Shown one piece after another: positions 46,535-60,204 of a DNA stretch of 64,000 bases (its first letter is position 1; the number at the start of each line of letters is the position of its first letter). Below the pieces are notes generated by a model. That model saw only the letters and a list, made by a program, of their open reading frames with translations, did not search any database and was not told the DNA's origin. The DNA is from Mobula hypostoma (Eukaryota): NCBI RefSeq assembly GCF_963921235.1, contig NC_086098.1, positions 682,001 to 746,000 of the forward strand. The letters are read 5' to 3'. The translations under genes were made by a program, and so were the position numbers.

Positions 46535-49500
46535 CATTTTTACGTGGTCGGATTGTTTCTTATTCTGCTAAACTCAAAAAACAAACTAAAGCAGAATTAG
46601 ATAGAATTTCAAAACAAATTAAAGATTTAGATAATATCTGTGCAATTTCCCCCAATACTGATTTATTTAAACAAAAGGTGGAACTTCAATCACAATATAA
46701 CCTGTTATTAACTCATCCCATTGAAGGATATTTGCTTAAGTTAAAGAGCCAATTTTATATGTTTGGAGATAAAATAATAAACTGCTTGCATCTCAATTAA
46801 AAATGGCTGCAGCCCAAAGGCAAATCATGAAAATTCGTAGGAAAGGTGGTACCTTAGCTCAGGAATATGAAGAAATTAATAAGATTTTTCAAGATTTTTA
46901 TGCTGAGCTTCATAAATCTCAATGTCCATTAGATTACTCTGAAATGAATGCTTTTTTACGAAAGATTGTTTTTCCTAAAATCTCGGCTGAGGATCAAAAA
47001 ACTCTCGATGCTCAAATTACTGAAGCCGAAATTCATAAAGCTATTTTTTCAATGTAATCTGGTAAGTCCCCAGGACTTGATGGCTATCCTGTACAATTTT
47101 ATAAAAAATTTGGAAAGTTGCTTTCTCTGTATATGTTGGAAATGTTTAAGGATTCTTTTGTGAAAGGTGACTTACCCTCTACTTTTCATGAGGCTTCTAT
47201 TTCTTTAATTCTTAAAAAAGATAAAGATCCTACTTACTGTGCTTCATATCGACGCTAAGATTTTGTCAAAGATAATGGCCAATCAGTTGGAGAATATTTT
47301 GGGTAAAATTATTTTTAAAGATCAAATTCAAACAGGCTTTATAAAGGGTCACTATTCTTTTTCAAATGTTCGGAGACTATTTAACATTATATATTTGTCC
47401 TCTTTTAAAACTCCACAATGTGTTGTATCATTGGATGCTGAAAAAGCATTCAACTGAGTCGAATGGAAATATTTATTCAATGTTTTAGAGAAATTTGGCT
47501 TTGGTGCTAATTTTAATAATTGGATTAAAATATATATAAAGCCCTTATTGCTACTGTTGTCACTAACAATTGTAGGTCTCCTTTTTTTCAGCTTTCACGG
47601 GGGACAAGGCAAGGCTGTCCATTAAGTCCTTTGTTGTTTAATTTAATATTAGAACCCCTTGCTATTGCTCTTCATGAGGCTAAAGATATCCATGGGATTT
47701 TTGTGAATGAGACCATGCATAAGGTCTCTCTTTACGCTGATGATTTATATATCTAACCCTGACGAAATCCATTCCTGCCTTGCTAAAGTTATTTAATGAA
47801 TTTGGAGGTTCTTCAGGATATAAAATAAATTTTAGTAAAAGTGAATTGTTTCCTTTAAATGATTCTGTCTCTATATATGATAATACTCCTTTTAAGGTTA
47901 CAGACTCTTTCAGATATCTAGGTATTATAATTACTAAAAAAATAAGGATCTTTATAAAGCCAATTTTGTTCCCTTAGTAGAATCTATGAAGTATTTATTT
48001 AGTAGATGGAGTCCACTTACATTTTCACTTGTTGGTCGTATTCATATAGTTAAAATGATGATTCTACTGAAATTTGTATATTTATTTCAGAATATTCCTG
48101 TTTTATTTGACTAGGAAGTTTTTTGATTGGATTGATTCTATTATCTTATCTTTTATTTGGAATAATAAAACACCAAGAATTAGTAAATGTCATTTACAAA
48201 AATTGAAAAAGGATGGAGGTCTTATTTTGCCTAATCCAAGAATGTATTATTGGGCTGTTAATGTGTGATATATGTCTTTTTGGTTATACTGGGTTGATAA
48301 GAGTGATCGGCCAATTTGGGTAGACCTGGAACTGAAAGTTGTAAAACGGTTTTACTTAACCTCGTTATTGGGAGCTCCTTTACCTATGCAATTAGTTAAA
48401 GTTGTTAATTTAAACCTATATCCTGTGATTAAGTATTCTTTACAAATTTGGCTCCAATTCTGCAATTTTTTTAATCTTAAAAAATTTAAACTTTGTAGTT
48501 TAATTTACCAAAATTACTTTTTTAAGCCTTCTTTGAGTGATCCAATTTTTTTGCTTTGGGAAAATAAAGGTATTAATTCTTTTTTGGATTTATTTAACGA
48601 AGTTAGGTTGATGTCTTTTGAACAATTAATTGATAACTATTCTCTTTCATACTCACACTTCCTGCAATACCTTCAAGTTAGCCATTTTTTACAAAAATAT
48701 TTAAGTAATTTTCCTTACATATTGGAGGCTGACCTGTCAGATACTATTATGAGTATGAATCCTTTGATTAAGGGTTCTGTTGGAAGAATTTATAATTTAT
48801 TATTACAATGGGATAAGCGTCCTTTATCTAAGATTAAACAGGATTGGGAAAAGGAACTTAATTTGACTTTTATGACGGAGGATTGGATGCGGATATTGAA
48901 GTTGGTTAACTCTTTTTCAATTTGTGCTAGTCATTCACTGATTCAATTTAAAATTGTACATCATTATCATTTGACAAAGGAGAGACTTTCTAAAATCTTT
49001 TCTAATGTTGATAGTCATTGTGATAGACGTAAAACTGAGATAGCTACACTGACACATGTTTTGGTCTTGTTCTATATTGGAACAGTTCCGGAAGTCGGAT
49101 TTTTCAACAATTTCTAAAGCACTTAAAATTAATTTACAACCTAATAAATTAACTGTGTTTTTTGGAATAGTTCCTCAAAATATTCGTGGTATTTCTGTGT
49201 CTGACCAACATGTTATTGCATTTGTTACATTGATAGCTAGGAGGGCCATTTTGTTGAAGTGGAAGGATACATCAGCTCCCACTTTATCACAATGGTTCTC
49301 TCAAGTGATGCTATGTCTTAGTTTGGAGAAAATTAGAAGTCGAACCTTTGAACCTTTATTTGATTTTGAGAAAGATGGGGCTCATTTGCTCGTTATTATC
49401 ATTTGAGTTAATTGATATAATTTTTCCACGATCTAACTGTAAATTTTTTAGTATATTTTCTTTTCTTGCTGGCGGGTTGATGTTTATTTTTAGAAGCTTT

Positions 49501-49721
49501 TTGTATGACGCATGGCTCCGAGGTTGTACACCTAATGGGTTCTTTTTTTTCTCACTTTTCTGCTTAGTAGTTTTTTTTTATTATCACAAAATTTTTTTCA
49601 ATCTTTAAGATAATGTTTTTTTTGAGGCATTGTATGTGTTGTTACTTCAATGTACTCATGTTATTTTTCCTGTATAATATAACAATAAAAAGATTTGAAA
49701 AGAAAGAAAAAGAAAGAAAGA
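46535..49721 (+). mobile_element. L1-clade LINE, 5'-truncated, AT-rich and degraded; apparent TSD AAGAAG
   Basis: DAKILSKIMANQL, QTGFIKG, SLDAEKAF, RGTRQGCPLSPLLF and YADD motifs, C-terminal Cys/His remnant, AATAAA at ~49684 and A/GAAA-rich tail. Confidence 0.92.
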
Positions 49722-50111
49722 AAGAAGATCCTGAGAGGCAGGATTTATGAACATTTGGAGAGGAATAGTCAGCATGGCTCCATCAAAGGCAGGTCATACT
49801 TTATGAGCCTGAATGAATTTTTTGAGGATATGACTAAACACATTGATGAAAGTGCAGTAGATGTAGTGTATATGGATTTCAGCAAGGCATTTGACAAGGT
49901 AACCCATGCAAGGCTTATTGAGAAAGTAAGGAGGCATAGGATCCAAGGAAACATTGCTTTGTTGATTTGCTGGTCATTGCATTGCTGGTCAGGTCACTCG
50001 TCTCAGTGCTACTGGTACCATGGAACCGAGTACTACCTGTCACATGGTCAAGTGGTCGGTGACTAAACCGGCTCCCCCACCAGGCTTGCCTGGTGAGGAG
50101 GGGGCTAGACA

Positions 50112-52620
50112 CCCTTCTCAGTCACTCTTGTTAGACAATGTTCTAGAGTTCAGTGATGAGACTGCTATTGGTGAGATAAATCTTAATCAAGGCATTGGGG
50201 ATGACATTGTTTCTGTGCCTCTTCACAAGGTAATTTTGAAGTCAAAGTTAGTTGCAGGACCTGTAAAGATAGGACTATGACCCAGTTTACTGGTGCAGGG
50301 TGTTTCTTTGTTGTTAGGGGATGATCTAGCAGGGGGCAAAGTTGTTCTTGCAGTGCAGTTGATGACTAAGCCAATCACTGATGATCTAAAGATGGATTCT
50401 AACATGTATCCATCCTACGCAGTAACTCGAGCTATGGAAAAGAAGCTTGCCAATGCAGATAGTTCTGCTATCCATGATAGCCCAAATTGGGACTCAGGTC
50501 TTGATAACTTGTCAGTGACTTTCCTGCCTTCACTGTTTGACCAAGATTCTTGTATTAGGGCTGACTATAAAGATTTGTCTTTATCCAGGAAGGAGTTTAT
50601 AGCAGAACAGAGCAGAGACCCTGAGATTGCAGCCTTGAGAGAAAAAAGCTCTCTCAGGTGATGAGATTGAGAAAGTACCAGTTGGGAACTATTTCAAGGA
50701 TGGAGTGTTAATGAGGAAGTGAAGACCACCTGATATTCCTGCAAGTGAGGAATGGGTGACTGTTCACCTGGTTGTAGTTCCTAAAGTTTATAGGAATGAG
50801 GTTTTAACTTTGGCCCTAGTATGCCCTTGGGTGGCCATCTAGGTGTGCATAAAACTATGGATAAGATTTTTAAACAATTCTTCTGGCCTGGTTTGAGAAA
50901 AGATGTTGCAACATTTTGCTGGATTTGTCACACTTATCAGGTTGTGGGCAAACCTAATCAGGTCACCCCAGTGGCCCCACTGCAGCCTATTCCTGCATTT
51001 GGTGAACCCTTTTCTAAAGTCATTGGGGATTATGTTGGCCCATTGCCCAAGACTAAAGCCGGCCATCAGTATTTGCTAACCATCATGTGTACAGCATCTA
51101 GATTCCCAGAAGCAATACCTCTCAGGAATGTAAAAGCTAAAACTGTGTCGAAGGCTCTCATAAAGATTTTCCACTTTATTTGGTTTGCCTAAAGAAATGC
51201 AGTCTGATCAAGGAAGTAATTTTATGTCAGGATTGTTTCAACAGGTGGTTTACAAACTGGGAGCCAAACAGATTGCATCGTCTGCATATCATCCAGAATC
51301 CCAAGGGGCTTTAGATTATGAGAACACTCAGTCCTCTTTTATTATCATTTAGAAATGCATACATGCATTAAGAAATGATACAATGTTTCTCCGGAGTGAT
51401 ATCACAGAAAACAAGACAGACCAAAGATTAACGCTGACAGAACCACATAATTATAACATATAGTTACAGCAGTGCAAAGCAATACCATAATTTGATAAAG
51501 AACAGACCATAGGCACAGTAAAAAAGAGTCTCAAAGTCCCAAGTTGATCGACTCCCAAGTCCCCGATAGCAGGCGGCAAAAGGGAGAAACTCCCTGCCAT
51601 AAACCTCCAGGCACCATCAACTTGCTGATACCTTGGAAGCAGCTGACCTCATCCGACCCTGAGTCCATCCGTCTGAAAACTCCGAGCTTCCGACCAGCCT
51701 CTCCGATACAGCCTCCCGAGCGCCATCCTCTGCCGAGTGCCTTCGACCTCTCCCTGGCCGCTGAAACACGCAAAGCCGAGGATTTCGGGGCCTTCAGCTC
51801 TGGAGAATCCAATTACCACACAGTAGCAGCGGCAGCAAAGCAGGCATTTCAGAAGTTTCTCCAGATGTTCCGCTGTGCTCTCACATCTGTCTCCATCAAA
51901 TCAGGATTGTGTATGGTCCCCTACTTGACAGGTAACAGAGAGATTCCATTCTACCCTCAAAACCATGATTAAGACATTCTGTATTGAAAATAGGAAAGAT
52001 TGGTATGAGGGAATTCACTTACTTTTATTTGCAGTAAGGGAGTCAGTGCAAGAATCCCTAGTCTTTAGCCCCTTTGAGCTTGTGTTTGGGCACCAGGTCT
52101 GAGGACTTTTGGCCATTATTAAAAGAGCAGTGGATTAACAATGACCTGCATATTAATTTGTTGGACCATGTTTTAAAATTCAAGGACAGATTACAAAGGT
52201 CTTGCAATTTAGCAAGGGGAATTTTAAAATCAGCCCAGGGAAGAATGAAAACTTGGTATGATAAAGAAGCTAGAATGAGATCATTCAAGCCGGGAGATAA
52301 AGCCCTTGTTTCATTCCCAGTGAAAACAAACCCTTTGCAAGCTGGATTCCATGGTCCCTATGAAGTTGTGTCTGAAGTTAATGATGTGATTATGTAGTCA
52401 AAATACCAGATAGATGAAGGCCAACTCAGCTTTGTCATGCAAACATGCTTAAACTGTACCATGAGAAACAAACAGAAGCTGTGACCATTGTCAATAACAA
52501 TGAGTCTGAACTCCCTGGAAATTTACCAGCTGATCCATCTGAGGCCTATTTTAAATCCAACATTATTTCAGCCAGATTGACAAATTCGATTATTTTGGAA
52601 AATCTTGATGAGAAATTGGC
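50112..52620 (+). mobile_element. Gypsy (Gmr1-like) LTR retrotransposon internal fragment: protease region followed directly by integrase
   Basis: GVSLLLGDDLAGGKV, GHLGVHKT..FFWPG..C..C integrase zinc finger, DYVGPLP, SDQGSNF, YHPESQG and GPY motifs; no RT in between. Confidence 0.88.
51311..51938 (-). mobile_element. Non-coding, probably non-autonomous retroelement inserted in the Gypsy integrase
   Basis: Host reads GGGGCTTTAGA|GAGATTCCATT across it; the minus-strand end resembles a LINE 3' UTR (AATAAA..ATAATCTAA). Confidence 0.6.
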
Positions 52621-53680
52621 TCTGTCATTCTGATGAAGCTCCGTCAAAGGCTAAAACATCTGGTCAGGTTAGGAAAGAATTCCTTCATTTTATGTCAGAT
52701 GGGTTTGTTTCAGTAAAGGAAGGGTCAACCCTGGTACCGGTGAAAATTCTTTGAGATACTGCGGCTTCTCAGTCAGGTGATGAGACTGCCACTGATGAGG
52801 TAAATCTTATTCAAGGTATTGGATGCGACATTGTTTCTGTACCTCTGCACCAGGTAATTTTGAAGTCAGAGTTAGTTTCAAGACTTGTTAAAATAGGACC
52901 ACGACCCAGTTTACAGGTGGAAGGTGTTTCTTTGTTGTTAGGGAATGACCTAGCAGGTGGTAAAGTTGTTCCTGCAGTGCAGCTGACAACTAAACCAATC
53001 AATGATGATTTAAAGATGGACCCTAACATTTATCCCTCATGTGCAGTAACTCAAGCTAGGGCCAAGAAACTTGCCAATGCAGATGGTCCTGTACAGAATG
53101 ATTCGGCTACTCATGATAGTCCAAATAAGGAATCAGATATTGATGATTTGTCAGGGACTTTTCTGCCTTCATTGTTTCATCAGGATCCAGGTATTAAATC
53201 TGATAATAAAGATTTTTCTCTGTCTAGGAGGAAGTTTATAGCAGGACAGAGCAGAGACCCTGAGATTGAAGCTTTAAGAGAAAAATCTCTCTCAGGTGAG
53301 GAATTTGATAAAGTGCCAGTAGGATTTTATTTCAAAGATGGAGTGTTACTGAGGAAGTGGAGACCACCTGATGTTCCTGAAAGTGAGGAATGGGCAATTG
53401 TTCACCAGGTTGTAGTTCTGAAAGCCTATACGAATGAGATTTTAATTTTGGCCCATAGTGAACTCCTGGGTGGCCACCTAGGTGTGAAGAAAACTGTGAA
53501 CAAAATTTTAAAACAATTCTTCTGGCCTAGTTGAAGGAAAGATGTTGCAACATTTTTCAGGACTTGTCACACTTGTTAGGTTGTGGGTAAACCTAATCAG
53601 GTCACCCCAGTGGCCCCACTGCAGCCTATTCTTGCATTTGGTGAACCCTTTTCTAAAGTTATTGGGGATTGTGTTGGTCC
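52621..53680 (+). mobile_element. Second Gmr1-like Gypsy fragment, diverged paralog of 50112-51045
   Basis: ORF 52860-53534 parallels 50293-50661 and 50821-51045; a protease-like ATTCTTTGAGATACTGCG (IL*DTA) remnant lies at ~52746. Confidence 0.85.
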
Positions 53681-54632
53681 ACAAGTTTGGTGATAGTTTT
53701 AAAGGGAGGATAGGCAGGTGATAGAGAAGGGATGCTCTCAGACCGATGATTTGAGATGTGCCTATTTTAATGTGAGGAGTATTATGAATAAAGCGGATGA
53801 GCTAAGAGTGTAGATCAGCACTTGGAGCTATGATCTTGTGGACATTACAGAGACTTGGATGGTGCAGGGACAGAAATGGTTATTTCTATTGCCAGGCTTC
53901 AGATGTTTCAGAAAAAACAGGGAGGGAGGTAAAAGAGGTGGGGGCATGGCACTGTTGATCAGAGATAGCGTCAGGGCTGCAGGAAAGGAGGAAGTCATGG
54001 AGAGGTATCTACAGAGTCTCTGTGGGTGGAAGTTAGGAACAGGAAGGGGTCAATAACTCCAATGGGTGTTTTTTATAGATCACCCAATAGTAACAGAGAC
54101 ATTGAGGAGAAGATAGGGAGACAGATTCTGGAAAGGAGTAATAATAACAGGGTTGTTGTGGTGGGAGATTTTAATTTCCCAGATATTGATTGGCATCTCC
54201 CTAGAGTGAGGGGTTTAGATGGGGTGGAGTTTGTTAAGTCTGTTCAGGAAGGTTTCTTGACACAATATGTAGATAAGCCTACAAGAGGAGAGACTGTACT
54301 TGATCTGGTATCGGGAAATGAACCTGGTCAGGTGTCAGGTCACTCAGTAGGAGAGCATTTTGGAGATAGTGATCACAATTCTATCTCCTTTACCATAGCA
54401 TTGGAGAGGGATAGGAACAGACAAGTTATGGAAAAGTTTAGTTGGAGAAAGGGAAAATATGAGGCTATCAGGTAGGAACTTAGAAGCATTAATTGGAAAC
54501 AGATGATCTCAGGGAAACGTACGGAAGAAATATGGCAAATGTTCAGGAGATATTTGCGTGGGGTTCTGCGTAGACAGGGAAAGGATGGTAGGGTACAGGA
54601 ACCATGGTGTACAAAGGCTGTTGTAAAAATAG
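53681..54632 (+). mobile_element. CR1 endonuclease fragment
   Basis: ITETW, GKRGGG, GDFNFPDIDW and GDSDHNSI motifs. Confidence 0.85.
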
Positions 54633-56712
54633 TCAATAGACAATAGACAATAGGTGCAGGAGTAGGCTATTCAGCCCTTTGAGCCAGCACAGCCATTCAC
54701 TGTGATCATGGCTGATCATCCACAATGTTCCTGCCTTCTCCCCATATCCCTTGACTGCACTATCATTAAGAGCTCTATCTAACTCTTTCTTGAAAGGATC
54801 CAGAGAATTGGCCTCCACAGCCTTCTGAGGCAGAGTATTCCACAGATCCACAACTCTCTGGGTGAAAAAGTTTTTCCTCAACTCCGTTCTAAATGGCCTA
54901 CCCCTTATTCTCAAATTGTGGCCTCTGGTTCTGGACTCCCCCAACATTGGGAACATGATTCCTGCCTCTAGTGTGTCCAATCCCTTTATAATCTTATATG
55001 TTTCAATCAGATCCCCTCTCATCCTTCTAAATTCCAGTGTATACAAGCCCAGTCGCTCCAATCTTTCAACATATGACAGTCCCACCATCCCGGGAATTAA
55101 CCTCATGAACCTCCGCTGCACTCCCTCAATAGCAAGAATGTCCTTCCTCAAATTTGGAGACCAAAACTGTACACAATACTCCAGATGTGGTCTCACCAGG
55201 GCCCTGTACAACTGCAGAAGGACCTCTTTGCTCCTGTACTTAACTCCCCTTGTTATGAAGGCCAACATGCCATTAGCTTTCTTCACTGCCTGCTGTACCT
55301 GCATGCTTACTTTCAGTGACTAATGAACAGGGACATCAAGATCCTGTTGTACTTCCCCTTTCCCTAACTTGACACCATTCAGATAGTAATCTACCTTCCT
55401 GTTCTTGCCACCAAAGCGGATAACCTCACATTTATCCACATTAAACTGCATCTGCCATGCATCTGCCCACTCACCCAACCTGTCCAAGTCATCCTGCATT
55501 ATCTCAACATCCTCTGCACATTTCACACTGCCACCCAGCTTTGTGTCATCTGCAAATTTGCTAATGTTACTTTTAATCCCTTCATCTAAATCAATAATGT
55601 ATATTGTAAATAGCTGCGGTCCCAGCACTGAGCTTTGCGATATCCCACTAGTCACCGCCTGCCATTGTGAAGGGGACCCGTTAATCCCTACTCTTTGTTT
55701 CCTGTCTGCCAACCAATTTACGATCCATGTCAGTACCCTATCCCCAATACCATATGCTCTAATTTTGCCCACTAATCTCCTATGTGGGACCTTATCAAAG
55801 GCTTTCTGAAAGTCCTGGTACACTACATCCACTGGCTCTCCCTTGTCCATTTTCATAGTTACATCCTCAAAAAATTCCAGAAGATTAGTCAAGCATGATT
55901 TCCCCTTTGTAAATCCATGCTGACTCGGACCGATCCTGTTACTGTTGTGCAAATGTACCACTATTTCATCCTTTATAATTGACTCCAGCATCTTCCCCAC
56001 CACTGATGTCAGACTAACTGGTCTATAATTCCCGGTTTTCTCTCACTCTCCTTTCTTAAAAAGTAGGATATCATTAGCTACCCTCCAGTCCTCAGGAACT
56101 GACCCTGAATCTATAGAACATTGTAAAATGATTACCAATGCATCCACGATTTCTACAGCCACCTCCTTAAGTACCCTGGGATGCAGACCATCTGGCCCTG
56201 GGGATTTATCAGCCTTCAGTCCCATCAGTCTATCCAACACCATTTTCTGCCTAATATGAATCTCCTTCAGTTCCTCCGTTACCCTAGGTTCTCTGGTCAC
56301 TATTACATCTGGGAGATTGTTTGTGTCTTCCCTAGTGAAGACAGCTCCAAAGTACCTGTTCAACCCGTCTGCCATTTCCTTGTTCCCCATAATAAATTCA
56401 CCCGTTTCTGTCTTCAAGGGTCCAGATTTGGTCTTAACTACTTTTTTTCCTCTTTACATACCTAAAGAAGCTTTTACTATCCTCCTTTATATTCTTGGCT
56501 AGCTTGCCTTCATATGTCATCTTTTCTTCCCGTATTGCCTTTTTAGTTATCCTCTGTTGCTCTTTAGAAGTTTCCCAATCCTCTGGCTTCCCACTCATCT
56601 TTGCTATGTTATACCTCTTATCTTTTATTTTTATACTATCCCTGACTTCCCTTGTCAGCCACAGTTGCCCCTTACTCCCCTTAGAATCTTTCTTCCTCTT
56701 TGGAATGAACTG
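54633..56712 (-). mobile_element. 5'-truncated CR1 with (TCTATTG)n tail
   Basis: RT ORFs 56043-56417, 55320-56003 and 54633-55304. Confidence 0.92.
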
Positions 56713-57780
56713 ATTAATCCTCAGGACTGTATACTGGTCAGGGATGGTGCGCCTGTTCCGAGTCCTGTAGTCCACACATATCCATACCTTCCCATTCTTC
56801 TTCCTGGCCACTGCTGTTGGGGATGCATAGGAGCTTCGGGACTCAGTAATGATCCCAGCTTCCTTCAACTTAAACAAATGCTGCCCAATGTCTTCCACCT
56901 CTGCAGGGTCAGTCTCCATGACCTCTCTCTGAACAGGTCACCCAGATAGCGTGACATGTGTTCTTGGAACAACCCCATCAAACTCCTCAGCAGAAAAGGC
57001 ACCTTCCACCTTCAACATCTTCTCTATTAAACTCCTCTTCCAACCCACAGGAACCGGGGAGTCCCTGAAGTCAAATGACTCAGAGGTCAATATTTCCCCT
57101 TAGTTTCTCCCCGGCTTGTCTCACAGGGACACTGGACATTACCGTCACCGGGAACAGATGCGCCACGGGCATCCCCCACATGAAGGTGACCTCCCTCTTC
57201 GTAGTGTTCCTAACAATCACTGCCATCCTACTCGCCTGTCCAACCGAGGGCTTCTGCAATTCGGACCTCAGCAGTACGCCAGCAGGAAATCCCAACTCCC
57301 CATCGTAGTCTTCCAGAGCATCCACTAAGAGGGCCTCGCCCCCAGGCACTCTGGGAAATTTGGGGGTCCCCATCACTCTCGCTACTTCCCCAGGCCATAC
57401 CACCATTGGCTTTGATTAGGTGAATCACACAGTCCCTCATCTAAATTCGGTATCCGGCCCAATGCAGCCCTGCACTTCCTCAAAAGCAGCTCGAAACAAT
57501 GGGTGCACGGACAATGTTCCCAGAAAACTCTCGCCAGCCTTCTCCTTGCAGGCCCTCATGAGCTTCCTCACAAGAGGGGTGTTGGTTTCTGCCAGAATTG
57601 AAACGCCACCCGTCTCAACAGGGTCCGGACAAACCACACTAATGTATCAAGAACCTCAGACACTCCCACATCGGCCTCCAAGAACTCCAACTTCACTGAC
57701 AAATAATCAGTTTACAGATAATTACTAGCACTAAGCCCCCAGATCTCCAGTGCGCTGAATAGGGTCAATGGGTAAATGCT
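56713..57780 (-). mobile_element. Gypsy LTR retrotransposon fragment (post-protease spacer to RT N-terminus)
   Basis: LKEAGIITESRSSYASP..RKKNGKVWICVDYR..TIPDQY is Gypsy RT domains 1-2. Confidence 0.85.
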
Positions 57781-57784
57781 ACAG

Positions 57785-58480
57785 ACAGAAACATAGAAAC
57801 ATAGAAAACCTACAGCACAATACAATCCCTTCGGCCCACAAAGCTGTGCCAAACATGTTCTTCCTTTAGAAATTACCTAGGGTTACCCATAGCCCTCTAT
57901 TTTTCTAATCTCCATGTCCCTTAAAAGACCCTATCCAATCTGCCTCCACCAGCGCCACCGGCAGCCCATTCCACGCAATCACCACTCTCGGCGTAACAAA
58001 CTTACCCCTGACATCTCCTCTGTACCAGCTTCCAAGCACCTTAAAACTGTGCCCTTTCGTGTTAGCCATTTCAGCCCAGCGAAAAAGCCTCTGACTATCC
58101 ACACAATCAATGCCTCTCAACATCTTATAAACCTCTATCAGGTCACCTCTCATCCTCCATTGCTCCAAGGAGAAAAGGCTGAGTTCACTCAACCTATTCT
58201 GATAAGGTATGCTCCCCAATCCAGGTAACATCCTTGTAAATCTCCTCTGAACCCTTTCTCTCATTTCCACATCTTTCCTGTAGTGAGGAGAACAGAACTG
58301 AGCACAGTACGCCAAGTGGGGTCTGACAGGGTCCTATATAGCTGCAACATTTCCTCTCGGCTCCTAAACTCAATCCCAAGATTGATGAAGGCCAGTGCAC
58401 GGTACACCTTCTTAACCACAGAGTCAACCTGCGTAGCAGCTTTGAGTGTCCTGTGGACTAGGAGCCCAAGAATCCTCTAA
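57785..58480 (-). mobile_element. CR1 3' part
   Basis: YCAQFCSPHYRKDV..RMRGDLIEVYK; CATAGAAA tail. Confidence 0.88.
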
Positions 58481-58649
58481 TCTAGTCTGAGTGCTTCTCA
58501 TGGCCCCTTCTGGCTCTCCTAATTTCATTTTTAAGCTCCTTCCTGCTAGCCTTATAATCTTCAAGATACTATCATCACCTAGTTTTTTTAACCTTTCATA
58601 AGCTTTTCTTTTCTTCTTGACTAGATTTACAACAGCCTTTGTACACCAC

Positions 58650-59810
58650 CTTTCCCTCCTCTCACCTGTGTATCCTCCCTCTCACACTGTCCACAAGCTT
58701 TCTCTAATTATGAGCCAACTGCCTCTTCTTCCATCTCTTCAATTTGGTTCCCACCCCGCCAGCAATTCTAGTTTAAATTCTCCCCAATAGCCTTAGCAAA
58801 CCTCCCCGCCAGGATATTGCTCCCCCTCGGATTCAAGTACAACCCATCCTTTTTGTACAGGTCACACCTGCCCCAAAAGAGGTCCCAATGATCCAGAAAT
58901 CTGAATCCCTGCCCCCTGCTTCAATCCCTCAGCCATGCATTTATCCTCCACCTCATTCTATTCCTATACTCACTGTCACATGGCACAGGCAGTAATCCCA
59001 AGATTACTACCTTTGAGGTCCTGCGTCTCAACTTCCTTCCTAACTTCCTAACGTCTGTTTTCAGGACATCCTCTCTTTTCCTTCCTATATTGTTGGTATC
59101 AATATGTACCACGACCTCCATCTGTTCTCCTTCCCACTTCTGGATATTGTGGACGTGACAAGAAACATCCTGGACCCTGGCCCCTGGGAGGAAAACTACC
59201 ATCTGTTTCTTTCCTGCATCCACAGTATTGCCCCCTAACTATAGAGTCCTCCATCACTGCTGCCATCCTCTTCCTTTCTGTATCTTTCTGAGCCACAGTG
59301 CCAGACTTTGTGTCAGAGGCAGGGCCACTGTTGCTTCCCCCATGTAGGCCACTCCCCCAACAGTACTCAAACAGGAGTACTTATTGTTAAGGGGGCAGCC
59401 ACAGGGGTACTTTCTAGTATCTGACTCTTGCCCTTCCCTCTCCTGACGGTTACCCACTTACCTGTCTCCCGAGGCCCCGGTGTGACTACCTGCCTATAGC
59501 TCCTCTCTATCACCTCCTCACTGTCCCTCACCAGAGGAACGTCACTGAGCTGTATCTCCAGTTCCCTAATGCAGTCCCTAGGGAGCTGCTGCTTGACGCA
59601 CCTGGTGCAGACGTGGCCGTTCGGGAGACTGGGTATCTCCAGGACTTCACACATCTAACACCCAGCACAGAACACCGGCCTCACACACGTCTCTGTTCTA
59701 CACAGGCAACCTACCTCGCTCGACCCGCTATTGCCTAAACCTCATGAAACCAAAGCCCTCCTACTCTTTCCTTTACTCCAATGCTCGCTCGATAAAGCCA
59801 TCTCCTTTTA
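58650..59810 (-). mobile_element. CR1 5' UTR, ORF1 and junction, degraded
   Basis: Zinc finger and coiled coil 59367-59654, SGNH pieces 58921-59296, and AAT TTA AAC TAG at 58768-58779. Confidence 0.88.
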
Positions 59811-59849
59811 AAGACTTCTCGCTACCTGCTCCTTGATGTCCCTGTTACT

Positions 59850-60120
59850 ATTGGCTCCAAGTCCACTCCGTCCAGTGGTGCAGCAACTCTTTCCATTTGC
59901 ATCTTCTCTCCTCATCTCTCCCCAACAAAGGACCGCAAAATCCCTGCTCACAGACTCACAAGAAAGAACAACATGCTTCTCATTGGATAGAGCACATTCC
60001 AAAGCCCCGTTATCTCTAGTCAATCTAAACATTGCTGTTACAGAGAAACCATGACCTTAGTAGTGAAACATTACAGAGAGGCCATTACATTAGCAGTGAA
60101 AACTTACAGCGCATTACACA
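59850..60120 (-). mobile_element. Possible partial LTR
   Basis: Minus strand starts TGTGTAA, with short internal repeats and a CCAAT box; no second terminus seen. Confidence 0.35.
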
Positions 60121-60204
60121 AAAGTTGGGGGATGTTGCTGGGAGGTGGACCACAGGTTACAACAGGAAATAGAAAAGGCAAGTCAAAAGGGCAATGTTAT
60201 GGTA

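Noticed and set aside
56434..56919. Gypsy-RT/CR1 fusion ORF as a novel chimeric element (similar chimeras at 2401-2862, 4522-5082 and 12883-13281)
   Set aside because: Chance in-frame joins at insertion boundaries between degraded fragments.
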